This document shows positions 12,401 to 22,974 of a stretch of 64,000 nt of DNA, in pieces; within the stretch, counting starts at the first letter, position 1, and each line of letters starts with the position of its first letter. The stretch is from Pachysolen tannophilus NRRL Y-2460. Taxonomy: Eukaryota. The notes below the pieces were generated by a model, which made no database searches, had not been told where the DNA came from, and saw nothing but the letters and a program-made list of their open reading frames with translations. A program made the position numbers and the translations under genes. The stretch is from assembly GCA_001661245.1 (NCBI GenBank), contig KV454017.1:62001-126000 (forward strand). The letters run 5' to 3'.

Positions 12401-12786
12401 TTAGAACTGATGAAGAATCTGGACCAGAAGTTGAAGAAGGAACTGGTCGTAAGACTCCTTCGCAACCGTACATTTCTAAAACTCCAATGGTTGGTTCTAC
12501 AGGGGCTCTGCCACTGCCACTGATTACGAGAAGAGAATCATTATTACCTGCAGCATTTGAAAAAGTTAGTAAAGTTTTGAACAGTGCGCACATTAGAGAT
12601 TTCCAGAGAAGAAAAGTTAAGGAAAACTATAGTGATAAAGATAGCGATGGAGAAGACGATGATGAAGAAGAGGAAGAAAACGATATGAGAAGTGATTCAG
12701 AGTCAGAAAGTGAAAATATGAGGAGTGATGGAATTAGAAATAGAACTGGTGGGAGCATAGGCTCGAAACATTCTGGTCGTCATTAA
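9406..12786 (+). CDS. SYG1: SPX-EXS domain protein (Syg1/XPR1 phosphate exporter family)
   Basis: MKFAQYL..VPEW..YFDYKQGKK (SPX), LNRTAFRKMLKKFDK, EXS motifs VEFRDFFIGD, WRFMQCLRRY, RRFVWIFFRMENEH; adjacent to NEO1. Confidence 0.93.
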   Translation: MKFAQYLNENAVPEWKVQYFDYKQGKKKLKKFNLGKSPSISFHSSSITDTPLLRGIHKKNSNTQKSQQNDSGRPHWRRESGDGGISSGNADIPSPIVESAPSSPNNSIQRKASLISFNLPPPALSLDRRPSEEIHPHNERIDDNTLENTNDKTPLLLPGNEPKINNQTPASSPIPITAEQFSDIQTLKKRHTENGSLPTRTRSKSLMENFYKTIRSNSFSFPSTPLSSGNNNNHNNHNLNNNNNNNNNNNNEHYENYQLQSYHDFAKQEFILWIDSQLFKIESFYKEREAQSLERFLILQDQISQLREQRTYTKKILLQVRSKGFIENENENENEEIRQKNLENNHNHHNLIADFNYLTATTKNKMFKINKFELPSLPTLDWFWGKGREKEYYDEGYDENEQSMNNESEDLKTSEDEVYEEDEGSSNSNNNHLHQQQQQRKSNLRDDPRFNKRDYRRKQVPEHLEFKVPYYIARRQLKTAVFEFYRSLELLKSYRILNRTAFRKMLKKFDKTTNSHYLPDYMEKIDKSYFVESEILDELLSSVEDMYSLAFEKKNRKIAIAKLRSNEVVKTYYGPFFSSGLLLGFALPLFILALYKGVSDTVSRVLPEGRYLLQIWGGFFIATLMSLLFGVNCFIWTKFKVNYKFIFEFNTKTALDFKQFFLLPSFFMLMLSLFGWFSFNNFWPYHFPGRDWPWFFVGFTLVIIFCPFEIFYYHSRKWLLTTILRLLFSGFYPVEFRDFFIGDIFCSLTYAVSNISFFICLYATHWDGPLTGGDTRCGSSHSRLMGFLATLPSLWRFMQCLRRYADTGDWFPHLANCLKYTISTIYYVLLSVYRIDRSLQNRIVFIIFAAINSIYSSIWDIFMDWSLMQAGSKYPFLRNDLIFKNPIYYYLAIIFDVCMRFQWIFYALFAQQIQQSAVTSFFIALAEVLRRFVWIFFRMENEHCTNVHLFRASRDTPLPYPVDRQAVRKKVEAKLGSHLRGPLATTASTTAVSPTSYHIRTDEESGPEVEEGTGRKTPSQPYISKTPMVGSTGALPLPLITRRESLLPAAFEKVSKVLNSAHIRDFQRRKVKENYSDKDSDGEDDDEEEEENDMRSDSESESENMRSDGIRNRTGGSIGSKHSGRH

Positions 12787-13114
12787 ACAATTTATTTAGC
12801 ATTATTTATTTATTTAATTATTTTTCTAAAGAATGTATTATTATTATTTTTATTTTTTCTATGAAATGATTATAAATTGTAAAAACAAAATTTAAATTTA
12901 AAGACAGCTTGATGACATATTTAACAGTCAAAAACAGCAAAAGACTATACATAATAGCGTATGAAATTTAAGGAGATCCTCCTTTAAATAGATGCAAAAC
13001 TAAAAAAAATAAATAAAACTTTTCGTTTGTTCTTTTTATATATATATATATATGTTCTTTTCTGTTAACCCTCTTATATCTTAAATTCTATAAAAAAATA
13101 TCAATTCTTTTGAA

Positions 13115-16100
13115 TCAAGTCTGTTGAACTTTAGCATAGTTAGGAGGACGCAATTTTCTATTGATAGACTTAGTGGCCCAAACAGGAAATAAGGAAATAG
13201 CGATAATGCTTAAAGTCTGCCAAAAAAACTTGAGAGAAACAATAAATTTCAAGTCAAAATAGTCACTCAAAAGAGGTACAGAACCAATGTATATCAGTAA
13301 TGTAATTAATTCTGAAAAGAACATAGTCTTTGTCCAAGTGTTGATTGCAAGAGCAACCATTATTAATTCATTGAAAATCAAAGCAGAAAAACTAATGGCT
13401 ACCATTTTCGTGAATAAAGCCTCGTCCAAACCGGTGAATAACTGAGATAATCCTTGGATTACAATTCCTTGATATAAAGAGACAAGAACATAAATGAAAA
13501 AAGTCTTGTAAGAAAGTGACTTTGCCTCTGTCAACTCCTTATATAACTCTGGATACAAAGTTGCTAAGCTCTCATTCACATCAGTATCCAAAACCAATGA
13601 GAATACAGGGGCCATAGTATATAATGTGGCATAACCAACCATAAGCCACCCCTGATATAATGCTAAAGGTTCAAATTTAGATGAAATCGAATATACTGCT
13701 TGGCATACCGAAATAATCAAACCCCTATGAATGACGAATTGTGCAAGTTTAGCACTTCTCTTATAGGAGTTTCTTCCGTGCCAAAGCAATAATCTAGTTA
13801 AATGACAAAATTGAGTAATAGAAAAATCAGCAGCTAACGAAGCTTGCTTTCCTTCTTTTCCAACAATACCTACACCAACATCAGCACATTGGATCATACT
13901 GACATCGTTACCACCATCACCAATACAACAGACTCTTTTCTTGGTAAATTCACGGATTAATAAAGCTACATCTGCTTTTTGCTGAGGAGTACAACGACAA
14001 GCGATAACTGCAGGAAGTCGAATCACAATTTCAAAAAATTCTTGTTTATAAAATGTCATGAAAAGACCAAGCGACTCTCCATCTATTAGTAATGCAGCAT
14101 CTTTGTTTGTCTTTAAATACTCTATTGATCTTAATGCACCTTCTGCTCTTGCCAACTTTGTCACTGTATGAACATATTGACCTCTTGTAATTAATTTTGC
14201 ACTAACAGAAACACAACGTGCAGTTTCGACCTTATCACCTGTTAGCATCCAAATTTTAACACCTGCATTTCTTAATATTTCTATCGATGAGTTAACGTCC
14301 TGTTGCAATTTATCTTCAACACCAGTTAATCCTAATAATTGTAAATCATGTTCTAAATATTGGGCCAATACTTTTGCCATTTGCTTATCTCTATCTGTCA
14401 TTGATAAAGAAGCTTCTTGATATTTTTGCTTAAAAGTCTCATATAAATTTTTTGATAATTCTTTCCTTGCAACAACCAATGTTCTTAAACCTTCTCTGGC
14501 CATATTCCCAGTTTCTTCTTCTAACCAATCATTTTGTTGGACAATCTTAGACATAACAGTATCTGCACCTTTTTGCATGAACCATAATTCATCTTTTTTC
14601 TTGTCCAATACTACTACACCCATTCTCTTTGTATCTGAATTAAATGGGAAAACTTGTAATATATCATATTGTATCAGTTGATGAGTTGCTTCATGGACTA
14701 AAGTTAAAGAATGTCTATCTCTTGCATACAATGAAAGTCCTACACTTTCTGTAAATTTCACAATTGCCACTTCATCCGGTGATGCGGCTTGATAAGTTAA
14801 TTCTCCATCATCTACAGTTGGTGTAACGTTATGACATATAGCTAATGTAGTTACCAAATCTCTAACTCTATTACCTAAATCTCTTCTTGAGTTTTTAATA
14901 GAATGTTTAACATCTTGTCCATCTTTAACATAATCTGCAACTATATCCATTGTATCACCTGCATAAGAAACTGTTCCCAAATGTAATTTTTTCAATTCCA
15001 TATCATTTTGAGTCAATGTACCTGTTTTATCACTAAGTAAATATTCAATTCTTCCTAAATCTTCAGGTATTGTACTTGTTCTGACAACAGTTTCTGGTAT
15101 TGAACTATCACGTTCTATTTGATAAGCATAAACAGATTTACCTAAATCTAAATTAACTCTAAGTGAAACAGGAATAATTGTAGAGAATAAGATTAAAAAT
15201 CTCATTATATCAACATACCATTGATTTGTAAAACCTGTACATGCCACTAATATTATAGATAATCCAAAAACACAAATACATAATATTTTAGATAAACTAT
15301 TAATTTCCAATTCTAATAAACCAGTTTTTACACCAGTTTTAGTAGTATTCATTGCTTGTCTAGTATCACTTCCTGTATAAATTATAATACCTATTGCAGA
15401 ACCAGATGCTAATACTGTATTTGCCCACATTGTATTATCAACTGTTAATGGTGAAGTTCTATTATTATGAGTTAATTTACCTAAAAATGAATGAATAGAT
15501 TTTGAAGGTGGATTAGTTGTAATGATAACTTCTTTTAAATTATCCAAACTTAAATTTTGGGTTAAAGGTGATGCTATTCTTAATTTCCAATCTGTTTCAC
15601 CATCTAATTGATCTGTTTTGATAAAAATTTCTCCATTATTTTCACTTGATTGTAATAAAATCATATCCAGAGGAACTCTACAATCTTTATGAATTCTAAT
15701 TAAATCACCACATTTTAAATTTTTACTTGGTATTGGATCAATTAAACCTATTACTTCATATTTTTCATTATTTTGTTCTCTATCTCTTCTTCTTCTTTGT
15801 ATATCATCAATTGCTTCTTTTGACATTGTTACTATCAATACAAAAGCAAGAGGTACAATATAAGATGATAAATAACCTATTCTTAAAGGAGGTATAGCTT
15901 GTGAAAGAGCCACTAATAAGAAATATAAGTTGAAAAAAAATTTAAATTGTTCATATAATATGATTGGTATGAATGAAAATGCATTATACTTTGCATTAGA
16001 AATTGCATTTGAAGGGAATTCCAAAGTGTCCATTGAATGCCTTATAGTTCTTTGTTTAAAAGCTTCTTGTGATGTTATTCCTGTTCCCATATCTGCACCT

Positions 16101-16768
16101 TCTCTTTCTTCTTCGTATACAGGCAATTGTATTCTTTTATTATTAACATCATTATTGTTTGTTGTTATAGTCATTGCAGAATTTTTTAATAGTTGAATAC
16201 CTCTTGACCAAATACTTGATGAATTTTTTTTCATTAAATCATGATCATGATCATTATCATGTCCATGTATACGTTCACCAGTTGATTGATTATTTTCTAA
16301 TCCTGCTATTAGAGGTATATCATCTTCAAATTCTTCCAAATTACCATCATCTTCATCATCATCTTCATCATTACTATTATTGCTATTACGACGAAGGTGA
16401 TTTTTAATACGACTATGATCATTAACTGGTGACATTGTATGTAATGGTATACTTTTCATAGATTCTAATTTAAATTCTTTACTCAATGACGATGATGAAT
16501 TTAACGTCAGATTATTATTATTATTATTATTATTATTATCGTTACCACTTAAAATTTGTTGAATATTATTTTGATTAATATCTTCAATTGCAACGTCTAA
16601 TGAATTATCAAAATTTACATTGAATAAATTATTCAAATTATGGGGGCGTTCTTGGTAATCACTAGTATTAATATTACTAACTGAATTACTATTATCTTTC
16701 TCCCTATTTTTACTACTCTGTGTATTAATACTGGAAGTTGATGATGAATTCTTGATTGATTGGGACAT
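13115..16768 (-). CDS. NEO1: P4-ATPase phospholipid flippase Neo1
   Basis: DQLDGETDWKLR, DKTGTLTQN, YQAASPDE, WMLTGDK, CIGDGGNDVSMIQ. Confidence 0.96.
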   Translation of the reverse strand: MSQSIKNSSSTSSINTQSSKNREKDNSNSVSNINTSDYQERPHNLNNLFNVNFDNSLDVAIEDINQNNIQQILSGNDNNNNNNNNNLTLNSSSSLSKEFKLESMKSIPLHTMSPVNDHSRIKNHLRRNSNNSNDEDDDEDDGNLEEFEDDIPLIAGLENNQSTGERIHGHDNDHDHDLMKKNSSSIWSRGIQLLKNSAMTITTNNNDVNNKRIQLPVYEEEREGADMGTGITSQEAFKQRTIRHSMDTLEFPSNAISNAKYNAFSFIPIILYEQFKFFFNLYFLLVALSQAIPPLRIGYLSSYIVPLAFVLIVTMSKEAIDDIQRRRRDREQNNEKYEVIGLIDPIPSKNLKCGDLIRIHKDCRVPLDMILLQSSENNGEIFIKTDQLDGETDWKLRIASPLTQNLSLDNLKEVIITTNPPSKSIHSFLGKLTHNNRTSPLTVDNTMWANTVLASGSAIGIIIYTGSDTRQAMNTTKTGVKTGLLELEINSLSKILCICVFGLSIILVACTGFTNQWYVDIMRFLILFSTIIPVSLRVNLDLGKSVYAYQIERDSSIPETVVRTSTIPEDLGRIEYLLSDKTGTLTQNDMELKKLHLGTVSYAGDTMDIVADYVKDGQDVKHSIKNSRRDLGNRVRDLVTTLAICHNVTPTVDDGELTYQAASPDEVAIVKFTESVGLSLYARDRHSLTLVHEATHQLIQYDILQVFPFNSDTKRMGVVVLDKKKDELWFMQKGADTVMSKIVQQNDWLEEETGNMAREGLRTLVVARKELSKNLYETFKQKYQEASLSMTDRDKQMAKVLAQYLEHDLQLLGLTGVEDKLQQDVNSSIEILRNAGVKIWMLTGDKVETARCVSVSAKLITRGQYVHTVTKLARAEGALRSIEYLKTNKDAALLIDGESLGLFMTFYKQEFFEIVIRLPAVIACRCTPQQKADVALLIREFTKKRVCCIGDGGNDVSMIQCADVGVGIVGKEGKQASLAADFSITQFCHLTRLLLWHGRNSYKRSAKLAQFVIHRGLIISVCQAVYSISSKFEPLALYQGWLMVGYATLYTMAPVFSLVLDTDVNESLATLYPELYKELTEAKSLSYKTFFIYVLVSLYQGIVIQGLSQLFTGLDEALFTKMVAISFSALIFNELIMVALAINTWTKTMFFSELITLLIYIGSVPLLSDYFDLKFIVSLKFFWQTLSIIAISLFPVWATKSINRKLRPPNYAKVQQT

Positions 16769-17202
16769 ATAATTCGAAACTTGATCAATTAAAATATCAT
16801 TTAAAAGAATTGTAAATATTTAAATATGTATATATATGTAAAAATTCCCCTTATTCTAACAGCGTCAAGAGATTATAATATTTTTTTTTTCTAATAATCT
16901 AAAAAAAAAGAATTTAATATGACAATAATTATTATTGATTCGAATTTTTTAATTCTTTCTTTTCCTCCTCCCTTATACCAATAGAATAAATCAACAAGAT
17001 AATAATAATAATAATAATAATGATTTATATATATATATATATTTTAATAGATTTTAATTAATTATTTATTTACATCAAAAATACAATTTAAATCCAGTTG
17101 ATATTTACAACACGACTATAATTTTTCTTTATATAAAAGAGAGAGATATTGAATTGTCTATTAGAATAAGAATAAGAATAAGAATAAGAATGAAAAGAAG
17201 AT

Positions 17203-18096
17203 CTATACTCTGCAGTTTGATATTTCAAAGACCAAGATATCACTAGCGTCATTATCTTTCAATTTGTCCATGACTGTTCCTATATTTTTTTTCTCCACCA
17301 TTGCACTTACAGCTACCCACAGATCATCTTCTAGAGGAGATACAGTTGCAGCTCTTCTTCCTGGAGTAATTTCTAATACTCTTGATAAGTTTGCTCTTGG
17401 AGCATTATAATTACACAAGACATATTTTTGAGCTGCCATAACACCTTGAATTCTTGATTTAATTATTTCAACTAATTCTGGATGAGATGCATTTTTAGAA
17501 ACAATTAAATGAGCAGAAGTTGTTAATAAAGTATCAATAGATTTTAGTCCTGCTGCTCTCATTGTTTCACCACTTTCAACTAAATCTGCAATACCATCAG
17601 CAACACCTAATGCACATGAAGCTTCAACAGATCCACCAACAAATTTAATTTTTGTTTTTAAAGTTTCACCTGGTTTTTTATTTTCTAATTTTTCAAAATA
17701 TTGTCTTGTTAAATTAACAAAACTTGAAACAATTGTCTTTCCAATAAGTTGTTCTGGTTCAATATATGGTCCATTTTCTGGAACTTGAAGTTGAAGTTTA
17801 CAATTTCCAAAAAGTAAATTAATTGCTAATTCAACATCAACATCACTTTCTTTAACTTGATCAACACCTGTAATACCTATTGAACATCTACCTTCTCCAA
17901 CAAATGTAGGAATATCAGCCGCAGGAAGAAAAATTAACGCTATAGGTAAATTTGTAGATAATGCTATATCCAATCTATTTGATCTATTAAATTGAATATC
18001 ACAACCTTTTAATAATGAAACACAATTATCATATAACCTTCCTTTCTTAGGAACAGCAAATAATAACCTATCCGTTAAATGATTCACTAAATCCAT
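17203..18096 (-). CDS. HIS1: ATP phosphoribosyltransferase
   Basis: MDLVNHLTDRLLFAVPKKGRL...DLVESGETMRAAGL...ILVFEISNCRV. Confidence 0.97.
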   Translation of the reverse strand: MDLVNHLTDRLLFAVPKKGRLYDNCVSLLKGCDIQFNRSNRLDIALSTNLPIALIFLPAADIPTFVGEGRCSIGITGVDQVKESDVDVELAINLLFGNCKLQLQVPENGPYIEPEQLIGKTIVSSFVNLTRQYFEKLENKKPGETLKTKIKFVGGSVEASCALGVADGIADLVESGETMRAAGLKSIDTLLTTSAHLIVSKNASHPELVEIIKSRIQGVMAAQKYVLCNYNAPRANLSRVLEITPGRRAATVSPLEDDLWVAVSAMVEKKNIGTVMDKLKDNDASDILVFEISNCRV

Positions 18097-18702
18097 ACCT
18101 AATCAATATCAAACTTTTTCTATTTTTCTATTCCTTAAAAGAATCTATCAATATATATATATATATATATATAAATATATAAAAATATATATAAATTGTT
18201 TTTTTTTTAATCCGCTATTATAAACCTATTTTAAACATAAGATGATGACCATAAAATGGTTTTTTTTTCTTTTTTTTCTTGAACAAAATTTTTTTTACCA
18301 TACAAAAAACTGAAAAAATTGAAAAAAAAAAACATTTTTCAGTATTAATTTACACTACTGTTTTAAAGTTCCGCCTTTGTGTTGCAATAATGCGTGCGCT
18401 TTAGTGTACTGCAATTACCTAAGACAACTGTGTACCACATAATAGTACGCATTCATTGACTTAAATGTGTGCTCTTCCATTTTAAGCTTTTTGTGCTGTT
18501 CATAAACTACTAAATTAAAAACGTAGTGTCTGTAAACTACATTTAACTGTTTTAGTCACTCTTGGTATATTTATGTACTACCTCCGTTTTTTCTTTTTTT
18601 TTTTTTTTTTTTTTGTTTATGGTAGTGCATTTAAGTGATTACCGAATTCTTCCTAATCCGGTAATTTCTTTTTTTTAGTCGTGTACACGTTTATTAACAA
18701 TT

Positions 18703-18710
18703 TTACCCGG
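18703..18710 (+). promoter_or_regulatory. Reb1-type site TTACCCGG upstream of RPS28
   Basis: Exact consensus ~165 bp upstream of the ATG, flanked by poly(dT). Confidence 0.5.
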
Positions 18711-18874
18711 ATTTGACGCATTTTTTCAAATTTTTTTAAATTTTTTTTTCTTCGTTTTCTCTTCTCTAAAAAATTTTTCAGTTTTTAAAAAAAAAACCTT
18801 TAATTTTTAACCCATTTTTATTTAATACCTTAAAATTATTATTATCATATAATTGTTGAAAATATTTATTGAAA

Positions 18875-19240
18875 ATGGTATGTGAAAAGTTCTAATGGAG
18901 GATATAATGGATATGGTGAAGAAGACGGTAATTTGTCTTTTTTTCTTTCTTCCCCCCGTTATCATAGTCTCTTTTGTCTTTGAAAACTGAGCTTTATACT
19001 AACTTTATTTTTTTTAATTTTTTTAATTTTTGGCTTTAGGATACTAAAACTCCAGTTACTCTTGCTAAAGTTATTAAAGTCTTGGGAAGAACCGGTTCCC
19101 GTGGAGGTGTCACTCAAGTTAGAGTTGAATTTATCGATGATGCTTCAAGAACAATTGTTAGAAACGTAAAAGGTCCAGTTAGAGAAAATGATATTTTATG
19201 TTTAATGGAATCAGAAAGAGAAGCCAGACGTTTACGTTAA
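18875..19240 (+). CDS. RPS28: 40S ribosomal protein eS28; exons 18875-18877 and 19040-19240
   Basis: ATG|GTATGT..TACTAAC..TAG; spliced [32 protein letters not shown]...[10 protein letters not shown]. Absent from the ORF track. Confidence 0.96.
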
Positions 19241-19632
19241 TAAAGAGGAAATTTAAACAAAAATTAACACAACAACAAAAAAATAAAAAAATTGAAAAAA
19301 AAGATTTTGGTTCTGGTATTATTATTATTATTATTAATATACGATTGATTTTAATAAATTCTTTCTTTATAGTAATCTTATTAAAGGTAATTTTTATCTT
19401 TTTATAATTGTAACTTATATATTGCATTAGGTTAATAAAAGAATAAATAAAAATTCTTGTTTAAGTCATCTATTATTAAAAAATGAATAAAACGTTAAAT
19501 TAATCATATAGTAGTAGTGTTGTAGCAAAAAGAAAGTAAAAAAAAAGATTAGATTAGATTAAGCTATGAAAAAGTTCAAAGAGTAATGAATGAATATGAC
19601 TTTTAAAAAAAAAATAAAAAATGGATATTAAC

Positions 19633-20011
19633 TTAACCTTGGTTCTGGAAATTTGTGGAATTCTTACTGCTACTACTACTTCCTTCATTTATATGCTGTT
19701 GTTGTTGCTCTTGTTGTTGTTGACGTTGAGCTTGAATCTGAGCCGCTTGAGATTTCATCTGTTCCCTTTTCCAAAATTTCACCAACAAATCTCCGTATTT
19801 GACCATTTCTTCTAATTGAATCATTAATCTAAAATCTAATAATAATAAAAATTGTAATTCCAAATGGTTTAACTCTTCAAGAGGTAACCCACCAACTTTA
19901 GCATAACGTGAATTCTTATAAAAAACATCACTAAAAAATTTAGATGCAACTGTAACACCTGATATTATTAATCTATGAATATTATAAGAATCCATAACGA
20001 AAAGTTGTTCC

Positions 20012-20046
<35 letters not shown>

Positions 20047-21537
20047 TCCTTCATGATGATCATCATCTTCTTTTATATCATCTAATTCTTCATTATTATT
20101 ATTATTTTTATTCCTTAATTTATTAAAATCTCCAGCATTTGCCTTTTTAGCAATTCTATCAAAATAAACTAATAAACTTAAAAAGACATCATTTGTAACT
20201 GGACAATATTTTAAAATTCTTGTTAAATATGCATTTAAACTTATTGCAGGTACATTTCTACCATGAAATGCTAATACATTTGCAGTATATTTATTTTGAG
20301 ATTGTGAATGATGATTTTGATCTTGCGAAGCATGATTATAATGTCCAGGATGTAATAAATCATTTGCATCTATAATTTTTTGTAACAATGCAGAAAGCAT
20401 AATTAATAAATCTTGTGTTGGATGTTCTGCTATATTCAAATGTTCACCTTCTTGCATCAATACTGATGATGAAATACTTGCCTTACTTCCAAATATTCCT
20501 CCATGACTTAAAGATGAAGAAGGAGGTTGAGGTTGATACTGATATGGTATATTTGAATTAGGTCCAAGATTCTCGGGTATTCCTTGTTGTTGTTGTTGTT
20601 GTTGTTGTTTTTGTTGATCCAGGATACTTGAAGTTGACGATGAACTAAATGCATTATCTTTTGAAATATTTGTTGTTGTAATTGGGGGCAGTGGATGTGG
20701 TTGTTGGAAATTAAAACTATTATCATAAGATCTTGTTGATACAGACATATTTACAAATCCATTCCCACTATTATTGCTTGCCATCATTGTTGGATGATTT
20801 CCTACTGAAGAATATGACGCACTTACCGCTGTAGGAGTATTATGGAAAGGTGTATGAGGGTTTGAAGCGGATAAATTACTTTGAAATTGATTTGAACTTA
20901 TTGGAATCTGGTATCCTCTATCAGCATTGTAATTGCTATTAAAACTTTCAGAATAACTTCCACGATGTGGCGAAGAATTGGGATTTCCAATACTTCCTGC
21001 ATCAACACTAGTACTTGTAGGTGCCGCACTATGTTGTTGTTGCTGCTGTTGCTGCTGCTGCTGTTGTTGTTGTTGCTGTTGTTGTTGTTGCTGAGGGAAA
21101 TTCAATCTATTAGCAGAAAGTGGTGATTGTGAATACGATCCACTCTGTTGCTGCTGTAAATTCTTGGTCAATAAACTTTGTCTTGAAGTTATTTGATTCA
21201 TTGGGTTTATATTATTTTGGAAAAAAGTAGTACCTGTACTTGCACTTGCACCAGACATATTATTATCTTCTAAGTTATTATCCTTGTAATTATTTCTTAC
21301 ATCTCCTAAAGAACTTCTTGTTTGAAAATTTGGTGGATTTATATTATCATTAGTACCATTAAATTTAATAAAATTCGATGGAGAAGTTGTAAATGATCCA
21401 GATTGGAAATTATTATCAGTATTATGCAATGATGATGATGGTTGAAACTCGGGTTTATTGCTATTATTATTATTATTACTGCTATTACTATTATCGAGGA
21501 TCGGTACCTGCTGATGACCAGTAAAACTTGGATCCAT
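19633..21537 (-). CDS. PCL7: Pho85 cyclin, Pcl6/Pcl7 family, with Q/N-rich N-terminus
   Basis: FHGRNVPAISLNAYLTRILKYC, NIHRLIISGVTVASKFFSDVFYKNSRYAKVGGLPLEELNHLELQFL; syntenic with PET117/HMF1/RPL34. Confidence 0.88.
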
Positions 21538-21674
21538 CTTTGAAGAAGAAGAAAGAAAAAAAAAAAAAAAAAAAAGAAAACAAGTTCTCTTCGCCTAAAT
21601 TAAAAAAAAAATGCTTATTATTAGTATACTTGAAATAAAACTTGGAAACCGTGAAACTAATACAATATTGATAT

Positions 21675-21723
21675 ACGTATAACGTATAACGTATAACGTA
21701 TAACGTATAACGTATAACGTATA
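21675..21723. repeat. Perfect heptamer tandem repeat (ACGTATA)x7 in the PCL promoter
   Basis: Read directly; followed by (AT)n and (GT)n. Confidence 0.9.
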
Positions 21724-22132
21724 TATATATGTGTGTGTGTCCGTGTGTGTCTGTGTGAACAACTTATTGTAACTTTTGTAAAACCTATATTATATAAAAT
21801 TCATTGAATTGGTAACCTGCTGATACCTTAATATGTTCTTTAGGCAAAAAACAAGTATTTTGCACAATTTGAATTTATACATCAACAACAACAAGACCAA
21901 CCAAAATCTTTAAATATAAAAATTTATAAATTTGTAAAAATAAAATACAAGTAATTCACCTTATCACACTAAATAAATATATATACTTACAATTTTCTTT
22001 AATATATGAACTGAATAAATTATTTTATTCTTCTATACTATAACTTTTATGATTAATTTAATGTGGTTTTATTTATTATGGGTATGTAATTAAGAAAAGT
22101 TATTTGGACCTTTGACAGAAAGTGGAGCGCAT

Positions 22133-22140
22133 CCGGGTAA
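22133..22140 (-). promoter_or_regulatory. Reb1-type site (CCGGGTAA) upstream of PET117
   Basis: Exact consensus ~130 bp upstream of the ATG. Confidence 0.5.
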
Positions 22141-22207
22141 AAACCTACAAAATTAAATAGATTAAATATATATTGTTGAAGTTGAAGTTGAAGTTGAAGT
22201 TTAGATA

Positions 22208-22240
<33 letters not shown>

Positions 22241-22269
22241 GTGATAGAGTTATTTATCAAGTTGTTAAG

Positions 22270-22619
22270 ATGTCAAGAGCTTCAAAGTTGACATTTGCCT
22301 TTAGTACAACATTTGCAGTTGCAACTACTGTAGGTGTTTATTATCTTCAACAATTTGAAAGAGATGTAAGTTAATAATAAATGATAATATTAAAAAATTT
22401 CTTTTTTTTTTTTTTAATTAAAACTAACATTTTGGTTTATTATTTGATTTGAAAAAGGCATTGAAATTAGGACCAGAGAAAGATGCTAAACGTGTAGCAC
22501 AATATAATTCAAAACAACTGGCAAATTTAAAAGATTTTGAATTACAGAAAAAATTAAAACAAGAATTTGAAACTCATCAACCATTAACAGGTGAAATAGT
22601 TCAAGGCCAAGATAAATAA
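22270..22619 (+). CDS. PET117: Cytochrome c oxidase assembly factor Pet117; exons 22270-22365 and 22458-22619
   Basis: MSRASKLTFAFS...QQFERD|ALKLGPEKDAKR; GTAAGT..AACTAAC..AAG intron; synteny PCL6-PET117-HMF1. Absent from the ORF track. Confidence 0.9.
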
Positions 22620-22775
22620 GTTAATAGTGGAGAACTAAGAAAAAAAAAAACTTGTTTATAGCAACTGTATATATGAATAGATATATTAACAATGATTATT
22701 ATGAATTATAACTTGTAGATAAATAGATAAATAGGTATTTGTTTTAATTATTTAGACGGAATTTGACTTTCCCAG

Positions 22776-22818
22776 GTCCCAAGGGGGAAGTCCCAAGGGG
22801 GAAGTCCCAAGGAAGTCC
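22776..22818. repeat. 14-bp tandem repeat GTCCCAAGGGGGAA (two full copies plus a partial), containing STRE-like AGGGG
   Basis: Read directly; upstream of MMF1/HMF1. Confidence 0.8.
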
Positions 22819-22974
22819 ACCTGTAACTGGGGCTATTTCTGGCGGAGATTTTAACCAAGATTCCGGTCAAGATTCCGGGCCGACTTTATAGTGAGAGAGA
22901 AAAAATTAAAAAGATAGAGAAAAATAATAAATATTATATTTAACTAATATAAATATATATTAGTTAAAATAAAT

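Noticed and set aside
18878..19039. Box C/D snoRNA in the RPS28 intron (CTGA at 18987-18990)
   Set aside because: No good box C, and the CTGA is only a few bases from the branch point.
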